A DNA stretch of 32,000 nucleotides, taken from assembly GCF_001457615.1 (NCBI RefSeq), contig NZ_LN831024.1, positions 2,940,001 to 2,972,000 of the forward strand, read 5' to 3'. The DNA is from Pseudomonas aeruginosa. Its GTDB lineage: Bacteria > Pseudomonadota > Gammaproteobacteria > Pseudomonadales > Pseudomonadaceae. A program made the position numbers and the translations under genes. The notes under the pieces were generated by a model, which searched no databases, was not told the DNA's origin, and saw only the letters and a list, made by a program, of their open reading frames with translations. This document shows, in pieces, positions 25,658-32,000 of this stretch. The first letter of the stretch is position 1; the number at the start of each line of letters is the position of its first letter.

Positions 25658-28069
25658 ATGAGCGAAGGTAACCGCAGTCGATCGCGCCTGCTGCCGAGCC
25701 TGCTCGGCCTGTTGATCCTGCTGTCCGGCCTGGCGCTGCTGGCCGGCGGCATCAAGCTGGCGAGCCTGGGCGGCTCGCTGTACTACCTGCTGGCCGGCAT
25801 CGGCCTGGCCCTGAGCGGACTGTTGCTGCTGCTGGGCAAGCGTGCGGCGCTAGGCCTGTACGCTCTGGTGCTGTTCGCCAGCACCGTCTGGGCGCTGTGG
25901 GAAGTCGGCCTGGACTGGTGGCAACTGGTGCCGCGCCTGGCTCTGTGGTTCGTCTTCGGCCTGCTGCTCTGGCTACCCTGGTTCCGCCGCCCGCTGCTGG
26001 CCGACGGTCCGGCGCCGCTGGGCACCGCGGCGCTGGGCGTGGCGGTGGTCCTGGCCGGCGCCGCCGCGGTGGGCAGCCAGTTCACCAATCCGGGGCAGAT
26101 CGTCGGTCGCATCGACCGCGACAGCGGCATGACCAGCACCGCCCCGGCGATGCCGGACGGCGACTGGCAGGCCTACGGGCGCACCGAGTTCGGCGACCGC
26201 TACTCGCCGTTGAAGCAGATCACCCCGGCCAACGTCGGCCAGCTCGAGGAAGCCTGGCGCATACGTACCGGCGACCTGCCGACCGCCGACGATCCGCTCG
26301 AACTGACCAACGAGAACACCCCGCTGAAGGTCAACGGCATGCTCTACGCCTGCACCGCGCACAGCAAGGTGCTGGCCCTCGACCCGGACACCGGCGCGGA
26401 AATCTGGCGCTTCGATCCGCAGATCCAGAGCCCGGTAGGCTTCAAGGGCTTCGCCCACATGACTTGCCGTGGCGTCTCCTACTACGACGAAGAGCAGTAC
26501 GCCAGGAGCGACGTCGGCGCGCCGCCGGCCGCGCTCTCCGAGGCCGGCAAGGCGGTCGCCGCCAGTTGTCCGCGGCGCCTGTTCCTGCCCACCGCCGACG
26601 CCCGCCTGATCGCGATCAACGCCGACAACGGCAAGGTCTGCGAGGACTTCGGGGTCAAGGGCGCGGTCGACCTGACGGCCGGCATCGGTCCGTTCACCCC
26701 GGGCGGCTACTACTCCACCTCGCCGGCGGCGGTCACCCGCAATCTGGTGATCATCGGCGGCCACGTCACCGACAACGAGTCGACCAACGAGCCGTCCGGG
26801 GTGATCCGCGCCTTCGACGTGCACGACGGCAAGCTGGTGTGGAACTGGGACAGCGGCAACCCGGACGAGACCGAGCCCCTGGCTCCCGGCAAGTTCTATA
26901 CCCGCAACTCGCCGAACATGTGGTCGCTGGCCAGCGTCGACGAGAAGCTCGGCCAGGTCTACCTGCCGCTGGGCAACCAGATGCCCGACCAGTGGGGCGG
27001 CAACCGCACCCCCGGTGCCGAGAAGTTCAGCGCCGGCCTGGTGGCCCTCGACCTGAACACCGGCAAGCTGCGCTGGAACTACCAGTTCACCCACCACGAC
27101 CTGTGGGACATGGACGTCGGCAGCCAGCCGACCCTGCTCGACCTGAAGACCGCCGATGGCGTCAAGCCGGCGCTGATCGCGCCGACCAAGCAGGGCAGCC
27201 TGTACGTGCTGGACCGCCGCGACGGCACGCCGATCGTGCCGATCCGCGAAGTGCCGGCGCCGCAGGGCGCGGTGGAGGGCGACCATACCGCGCCGACCCA
27301 GGCGCGTTCCGACCTCAACCTGCTGCGCCCGCCGCTGACCGAGCGCGACATGTGGGGCAGCAGCCCGTTCGACCAGATGCTCTGCCGCATCCAGTTCCGC
27401 TCGCTGCGCTACGAGGGCCAGTACACCCCGCCGTCGGAGCAGGGCAGCCTGATCTATCCGGGCAACGTCGGAGTGTTCAACTGGGGCGGGGTGTCGGTCG
27501 ACCCGGTGCGCCAGATCCTCTTCACCAGCCCCAACTACATGGCCTTCGTCTCGCAGATGGTGCCGCGCGACAAGGTGCCCAGCGGAAGCAAGCGCGAGGG
27601 CGAGACCAGCGGCGTGCAGCCGAACACCGGCGCGCCCTACGCGGTGATCATGCATCCGTTCATGTCGCCCATCGGCCTGCCGTGCCAGGCGCCGTCCTGG
27701 GGTGACGTGGCGGGTATCGACCTGACCACCGCCAAGGTCGTCTGGCAGCACAAGAACGGCACCAGCCGCGACAACACCCCGGTGCCGATCGGCCTCACCG
27801 TCGGCGTACCGAGCATGGGCGGCTCGATCACCACCGCCGGCGGCGTGGCCTTCCTCAGCGGCACGCTCGACCAGTACCTGCGCGCCTACGACGTGAAGGA
27901 CGGCAAGCAGCTCTGGCAGGCGCGCCTGCCGGCCGGCGGCCAGGCCACGCCGATGAGCTACACCGGCAAGGACGGTCGCCAGTACGTGCTGATCGTCGCT
28001 GGCGGACACGGCTCCTTCGGTACCCGCATGGGCGACTACATCATCGCCTACGCCCTGCCCAGGCAATGA
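25658..28069 (+). CDS. gcd: Membrane-bound PQQ-dependent glucose dehydrogenase
   Basis: 803 aa; N-terminal transmembrane segments, then 'DWQAYGRTEFGDRYSPLKQITPANVGQLEEAWRIRTGDLP', 'MTCRGVSYYDEEQ', 'WDMDVGSQPTLLDLK', 'GVPSMGGSITTAGGVAFLSGTLDQYLRAYDVKDGKQLWQARLPAGGQATPMSY'. Confidence 0.96.
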   Translation: MSEGNRSRSRLLPSLLGLLILLSGLALLAGGIKLASLGGSLYYLLAGIGLALSGLLLLLGKRAALGLYALVLFASTVWALWEVGLDWWQLVPRLALWFVFGLLLWLPWFRRPLLADGPAPLGTAALGVAVVLAGAAAVGSQFTNPGQIVGRIDRDSGMTSTAPAMPDGDWQAYGRTEFGDRYSPLKQITPANVGQLEEAWRIRTGDLPTADDPLELTNENTPLKVNGMLYACTAHSKVLALDPDTGAEIWRFDPQIQSPVGFKGFAHMTCRGVSYYDEEQYARSDVGAPPAALSEAGKAVAASCPRRLFLPTADARLIAINADNGKVCEDFGVKGAVDLTAGIGPFTPGGYYSTSPAAVTRNLVIIGGHVTDNESTNEPSGVIRAFDVHDGKLVWNWDSGNPDETEPLAPGKFYTRNSPNMWSLASVDEKLGQVYLPLGNQMPDQWGGNRTPGAEKFSAGLVALDLNTGKLRWNYQFTHHDLWDMDVGSQPTLLDLKTADGVKPALIAPTKQGSLYVLDRRDGTPIVPIREVPAPQGAVEGDHTAPTQARSDLNLLRPPLTERDMWGSSPFDQMLCRIQFRSLRYEGQYTPPSEQGSLIYPGNVGVFNWGGVSVDPVRQILFTSPNYMAFVSQMVPRDKVPSGSKREGETSGVQPNTGAPYAVIMHPFMSPIGLPCQAPSWGDVAGIDLTTAKVVWQHKNGTSRDNTPVPIGLTVGVPSMGGSITTAGGVAFLSGTLDQYLRAYDVKDGKQLWQARLPAGGQATPMSYTGKDGRQYVLIVAGGHGSFGTRMGDYIIAYALPRQ

Positions 28070-28102
28070 CCCGCCCACCGGGAGCCCACAGCCGGCTCCC
28101 GG

Positions 28103-28173
28103 CCTTCCGGGCCTCGGCCCGGAAGGGGCTTTGCCAAGGGGAGGCGCGTTCCCGCCCTTGGCAAAGCCCCTTC
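28103..28173 (+). promoter_or_regulatory. Two overlapping stem-loops between gcd and the TonB receptor gene
   Basis: Hairpin 1: CCTTCCGGGCC-tc-GGCCCGGAAGG (28103-28126). Hairpin 2: GAAGGGGCTTTGCCAAGGG (28122-28140), 14-nt loop, CCCTTGGCAAAGCCCCTTC (28155-28173), 19-bp perfect arms. They share 28122-28126. Confidence 0.7.
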
Positions 28174-28200
28174 GATACCTTGCGACCCGCGGAACCCTGC

Positions 28201-30321
28201 ATGCCGTCCCGACCCCGACCCAGCTTCGTCTCCCACCTGTTGCCCGGCTCCCTGGCGCTCTGCGGCCTGGCCATCGCCTGCGCCGTCCAGGGCGAGGAGC
28301 GACGCAGCCTCGAACCCATGGTGGTGACCGGCAGCTACAACCCCAGCGACACCTTCGACCTGCCGTTCTCGGTGGATAGCATCGAGCGTCGGCAGATCGC
28401 CGACGGCCAGCTCGGCATCAACCTCTCCGAAGTCCTGCCGCGGGTACCTGGCCTGGTGGTGCAGAACCGCCAGAACTACGCTCAGGACCTGCAAATCTCC
28501 TCGCGCGGCTACGGCGCCCGCTCGGCCTTCGGTATCCGCGGGCTGAAGCTGCTCGCCGACGGCATCCCGGCCAGTACGCCGGATGGCCAGGGCCAGGCCG
28601 CGACCCTCAACCTCGACGTCGCCGAGCGCATCGAGGTACTGCGCGGGCCGGCCTCGACGATCTACGGCAGCAACGCCGGCGGGGTGATCCAGATGTTCTC
28701 CCGCGACGGCCAGGGCGCCCCGCGGGTCGGCGCGGAAACCTCCGTCGGCAGCGATGGCCTGAGCCGCAACCACCTGTACACGGAAGGCGAGGGCGACGGG
28801 GTCGGTTTCCTGGTGGATGCCTCGCGGATGGACACCGACGGCTACCGCGACCACAGCGCCGCGCGCCGCGACCAGACCTTCGCCAAGCTGAACTTCAGGC
28901 CCGACGCCGACAGCCGCGTGGCGCTGATCTACAGCAGCCTGGAACAGAACGACACTGAAGATCCGCTGGGGCAGACCTGGGACGCCTACAAGCACGACCC
29001 GCGCTCCGTCACCGCCAACGCCGAGCTGTACGACACGCGCAAGAGCATCGACCACCAGCAGGCCGGGATGAACTACGAGCGCTACTTCGGCGAGGCGACC
29101 TTGCAGGTCAACGCCTACGTGGGCAAGCGCAGTGTCGTGCAGTATCTGTCGATCCCCAGGGGGGTGGCCTCCAACAGTCAGCGTGGCGGCGGCGTGGTGG
29201 ACTTCGACCGCGACTTCCACGGTGGCACCGTGCGCTGGCTGCAACCGGTACGCCAGGCGCCGGGCGTGCTGAACCTGACCGTCGGCCTCGACTACGACCA
29301 GAGCCGCGACGACCGTCGCGGCTACCAGAACTTCAACGGCGACCAGCTCGGCGTGAAGGGCGAGTTGCGCCGCGACGAGGTGGACACCGCCACCAGCCTC
29401 GATCCCTACCTGCAGGCGAGCTGGGCCATCGACGCCTGGACCCTGCAGGCCGGGGTGCGCCACAGCACCATGAAGATGGAGGTCGACGACCGCTACCTGA
29501 GCAACGGCGATGCCAGCGGCTCGCGGCGCTACCGGAAGAACACCCCGTCGTTCTCGGTGATGTACGCCTTCACCCCCGACCTGCACGGCTACCTCAGCGC
29601 CGGCAAGGGCTTCGAGACTCCGACCCAGGCGGAGATGGCCTATGCGCCGGTGGCGGCGAACGCGCCGGACGTCTTCAACTTCGGCCTCAAGCCAGCCACC
29701 AGCAGCCAGTACGAAGCCGGGCTGAAGGCGCGCCTGTGGGGCAATACGCGGGTCAACGCGGCGATCTTCCAGATCCGCACCGAGGACGAGATCGTCGTCG
29801 CCAGCTCCCTCGGCGGTCGCACCAGCTACCAGAACGCCGGCAAGACCCTGCGTCGCGGCTTCGAACTGGGCCTGGAGAGCGAACTGAGCGAGCACTGGAA
29901 CGCCAACCTGGCCTATACCCGGCTATCCGCCACCTACGATTCGGATTTCGAGGCCGGCGGCAAGACCATCGGCAAGGGCAAGCACCTGCCGGGCGTGCCG
30001 GAAAGCAGCCTGTTCGGCGAACTGGTGTGGAAGCCCGCGGAGGGCATCAGCATGGGCTGGGAAGGCATGTACCGCAGCCAGGTCTACGTCGAGGACAGCA
30101 ACAGCGAAAAGGCCGCGCCGAGCTATGCGGTATTCAACTGGCGCACCCGCTTCGAGCAGCGCCTGGGAGCCTGGGCCTTCCACCAGCTGGTGCGCCTGGA
30201 CAACCTGTTCGACCGCCAGTACGTCGGCTCGGTCATCGTCGGCGACGGCAACCGGCGTTACTACGAAGCGGCCCCCGGGCTGTCCTGGTACGCGGGAGCC
30301 GGGGTCGAATACCAATTCTGA
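28201..30321 (+). CDS. TonB-dependent outer-membrane receptor, PqqU/YncD-like
   Basis: 706 aa from ATG 28201; signal peptide; 'MVVTGSYNPSDTFDLPFSVDSIERRQI', plug domain 'INLSEVLPRVPGLVVQNRQNYAQDLQISSRGYGARSAFGIRGLKLLADGIPASTPDGQGQ', C-terminal 'YYEAAPGLSWYAGAGVEYQF'. Confidence 0.93.
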   Translation: MPSRPRPSFVSHLLPGSLALCGLAIACAVQGEERRSLEPMVVTGSYNPSDTFDLPFSVDSIERRQIADGQLGINLSEVLPRVPGLVVQNRQNYAQDLQISSRGYGARSAFGIRGLKLLADGIPASTPDGQGQAATLNLDVAERIEVLRGPASTIYGSNAGGVIQMFSRDGQGAPRVGAETSVGSDGLSRNHLYTEGEGDGVGFLVDASRMDTDGYRDHSAARRDQTFAKLNFRPDADSRVALIYSSLEQNDTEDPLGQTWDAYKHDPRSVTANAELYDTRKSIDHQQAGMNYERYFGEATLQVNAYVGKRSVVQYLSIPRGVASNSQRGGGVVDFDRDFHGGTVRWLQPVRQAPGVLNLTVGLDYDQSRDDRRGYQNFNGDQLGVKGELRRDEVDTATSLDPYLQASWAIDAWTLQAGVRHSTMKMEVDDRYLSNGDASGSRRYRKNTPSFSVMYAFTPDLHGYLSAGKGFETPTQAEMAYAPVAANAPDVFNFGLKPATSSQYEAGLKARLWGNTRVNAAIFQIRTEDEIVVASSLGGRTSYQNAGKTLRRGFELGLESELSEHWNANLAYTRLSATYDSDFEAGGKTIGKGKHLPGVPESSLFGELVWKPAEGISMGWEGMYRSQVYVEDSNSEKAAPSYAVFNWRTRFEQRLGAWAFHQLVRLDNLFDRQYVGSVIVGDGNRRYYEAAPGLSWYAGAGVEYQF

Positions 30322-30384
30322 AGTGCCGGATGCGCTTGTTCGCGCTACCCGGCCAGCCCTTGTCAGCGTCGTCAATTCCGATTA

Positions 30385-30400
30385 CTGTATGGATGTACAG
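30385..30400. promoter_or_regulatory. LexA (SOS) box
   Basis: TA-CTGTATGGATGTACAG-TA, i.e. CTGT-N8-ACAG, inside a 14-bp perfect inverted repeat TTCCGATTACTGTA-tggatg-TACAGTAATCGGAA (30376-30409). Possible -35 TTGTCA (30360-30365) with N17 to TACTGT (30383-30388). Confidence 0.85.
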
Positions 30401-30441
30401 TAATCGGAAATCGCCTGCCTGCGCGACAAGGAGCACCGATC

Positions 30442-30729
30442 ATGAGCCACAACCTTGCCGAACTGCCGCTGTCCCGACGCCGCGCCCTGGAGCGCGAGAA
30501 ACAGGCCTGCCTGCGCCTCCACCTGTCCCGCAATCGTGCCAGCGAACGCCTGGAGCGCGCCGTGCGCGACGAAGTCGAGCGCCTGCTGGGTGCCCGCGAA
30601 CGCCAGGGGGCCGGCTGGCCGGAGTGGGTCAGCGCGGAGCTCTGCGTGGCGGACGACCCGCTCTTCGTGCGCAAGGTGGTGGCGCGCCTGAAAGCCGCGG
30701 TGGACTGGCAACGCCAGCGCGCAGCCTGA
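30442..30729 (+). CDS. Small uncharacterised, charged, predicted helical protein, probably SOS-regulated
   Basis: 95 aa MSHNLAELPLSRRRALEREKQACLRLHLSRNRASERLERAVRDEVERLLGARERQG...; RBS-like AAGGAG upstream of the ATG; immediately downstream of the LexA box. Confidence 0.85.
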   Translation: MSHNLAELPLSRRRALEREKQACLRLHLSRNRASERLERAVRDEVERLLGARERQGAGWPEWVSAELCVADDPLFVRKVVARLKAAVDWQRQRAA

Positions 30730-30741
30730 GCGTTGCTCGCT

Positions 30742-31377
30742 TCAGGCCCCGCTGCCGTCGCTCCCGGGCGCGCGATGATGTTGCAGGGCGCGCTGGCGAT
30801 GGCCGGCGAGGATGTACCGGTAGATCAGTCGTGCGAGTGGCTCCAGCTCCATTTTCTGGCCGTTCAGCGCGGCGCCGCACAGCGCCAGCTTGACCCGCTT
30901 GCCGCCGGCCACCGCGCGGGCTTCGGGGCGGGCGAAAGCCCGCGGGTCGAAACGGGCATGGCTGTCGAAGCGCGGTGCCGTGCAATCGAAGGTGGTCGCG
31001 AAGGTGAGTTCCAGCCAGCGCCCGCGCTCGATCTCCAGCGACTGGAAGGTGTACATCGGCACCTGCGGCGCGTTGGCGAAGGCGATGCTCTCCGGCGTCA
31101 GGGTGAGCGCGACCTGGCCGTGGCGCCGGTAGAGGAACACGCCCGCCAGGCAGGCGTACAGGCCGCCGCCCAGCAGCAGCGCGGCTGGCAGCCAGAACAG
31201 CCATTGGCCACTGGCCAGGCGCCAGGCGTTGGGCAGCGAAGCGAGCCAGAGACCGGTGGCGCCAGCCACCAGGCCAGCGAGCAGGGCAACGCAGGCGGTG
31301 CCCCGCGAGACCTCGCGGATCTCGCAGCGGGCTTCCAGCGGCGGCAGTTCGTCGAGGGTTTCGTCAGTTTCTTGCAT
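30742..31377 (-). CDS. Uncharacterised membrane protein with two adjacent hydrophobic segments
   Basis: MQETDETLDELPPLEARCEIREVSRGTACVALLAGLVAGATGLWLASLP...GQWLFWLPAALLLGGGLYACLAGVFLYRRHG. ORF track allows a GTG start at 31389; ATG at 31377 preferred. Confidence 0.75.
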   Translation of the reverse strand: MQETDETLDELPPLEARCEIREVSRGTACVALLAGLVAGATGLWLASLPNAWRLASGQWLFWLPAALLLGGGLYACLAGVFLYRRHGQVALTLTPESIAFANAPQVPMYTFQSLEIERGRWLELTFATTFDCTAPRFDSHARFDPRAFARPEARAVAGGKRVKLALCGAALNGQKMELEPLARLIYRYILAGHRQRALQHHRAPGSDGSGA

Positions 31378-32000
31378 GGGGATTCTCACAGGTCTTGCCG
31401 AGCAGGTCGGCGCTGAGCGCTCGGCTCAACGCCAGGGGGGCGCCGAACCAGACGCCCAGCGCCTGGCTCGGCGGTCGTGTCGGAACGGCCCGGCCGGCGG
31501 TCCCGGCCCAGGTGCGTTCGAAGCTCTCTCCCAGCGCCGTGCAGCGCAGGCCCAGCGGAGGGTGGGTATCCTGCGGATGGACCTGGAGTCCCTCCGCCCC
31601 GGGGGCCGGTGCTTCCAGGCCGGACTGGCCCAGGTAGACGTGGATGGCGTCCACCAGGTTGTCCGGCGCGCGCGCCGGAGCGAGCAGGCAGTGTTCGAGG
31701 AACGCCCGTATCGGCGCGCCGGCCGCCGCGCTGCGCAGCAGGGCCGAGGCCATCGCCGGCGCACCGGCCAGTTGTGCGGCGCGGCGGTCGGCGGCGAATT
31801 CGCGCAGGCGGCTCCAGTGGTTCACGGCGAGGCCGAAACGTTCGAGGAAGTACCCGGCCAACAGTCGCGCCGGTTCCAGTGCCGCACGTTCGAAGACGTT
31901 GGCTTCCTGCTCCTCGATGGCGGCCAGTTGGCTCGCGGCGCCCTGGTAGATCGGCAGGAAGTGCAGGCTGTAATGGGCGTCGCGGCCGGCGAAGTGGGCC
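31364..32000 (-). CDS. Partial CDS, M48-type peptidase-like protein (C-terminal part)
   Basis: The frame stays open to the window edge; '...HYSLHFLPIYQGAASQLAAIEEQEANVFERAALEPARLLAGYFLERFGLAVNHWSRLREFAADRRAAQLAGAPAMASALLR'; 'SRLREFAADRRAAQLAG' resembles the conserved M48 'R..E..AD..A' segment. The HExxH motif would lie outside the window. Confidence 0.65.
   Translation of the reverse strand, partial: AHFAGRDAHYSLHFLPIYQGAASQLAAIEEQEANVFERAALEPARLLAGYFLERFGLAVNHWSRLREFAADRRAAQLAGAPAMASALLRSAAAGAPIRAFLEHCLLAPARAPDNLVDAIHVYLGQSGLEAPAPGAEGLQVHPQDTHPPLGLRCTALGESFERTWAGTAGRAVPTRPPSQALGVWFGAPLALSRALSADLLGKTCENPHARN

Noticed and set aside
25973-28078. 701-aa minus-strand ORF opposite gcd
   Set aside because: Shadow ORF; gcd motifs on the plus strand explain the coding signal.
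28048-29895. 615-aa minus-strand ORF opposite the TonB receptor
   Set aside because: Shadow ORF of a high-GC gene.
1-32000. Mobile element, prophage, CRISPR, toxin-antitoxin or defence island
   Set aside because: No transposase, integrase, phage structural gene, direct-repeat array, Cas, restriction enzyme or paired toxin-antitoxin ORF was recognised on either strand.

Overview
This window is high-GC Pseudomonas DNA. By recognition of gene order and protein sequences it matches the Pseudomonas aeruginosa region around the amb locus; this is from recall, with no database search run. In order it carries: (1) the tail of a probable ABC ATPase and a permease; (2) the five-gene ambABCDE cluster for the antimetabolite L-2-amino-4-methoxy-trans-3-butenoic acid (AMB): LysE-type exporter, NRPS AmbB, two tandem Fe(II)/2-oxoglutarate oxygenases, and NRPS AmbE with a methyltransferase inserted in its A domain; (3) a YbaK-type tRNA-editing-domain protein; (4) a GH18 chitinase with FnIII and CBM; (5) an eight-gene, largely uncharacterised module: GntR/HutC regulator, AprA-like flavoprotein, AprB-like 2x[4Fe-4S] ferredoxin, tripartite ABC transporter whose binding protein carries an unusual C-terminal NosL-like extension, HEAT-repeat protein, DUF971 protein; (6) a glucose block: OprB-type porin, PQQ glucose dehydrogenase gcd, and a TonB receptor strongly resembling PqqU/YncD; (7) a small gene behind a near-ideal LexA box; (8) a membrane protein and a partial M48-like protein on the minus strand. 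The best candidate for a poorly described system is the GntR/AprAB-like/ABC/HEAT/DUF971 module (about 16.48-23.80 kb). Other signals include a perfect 16-bp operator palindrome over its promoter, a Cra/FruR- or PtxS-like palindrome upstream of the porin, a long double-hairpin structure between gcd and the TonB receptor, and paired las/rhl-like boxes before ambB and chiC. No CRISPR array, rRNA, tRNA or transposon was seen.
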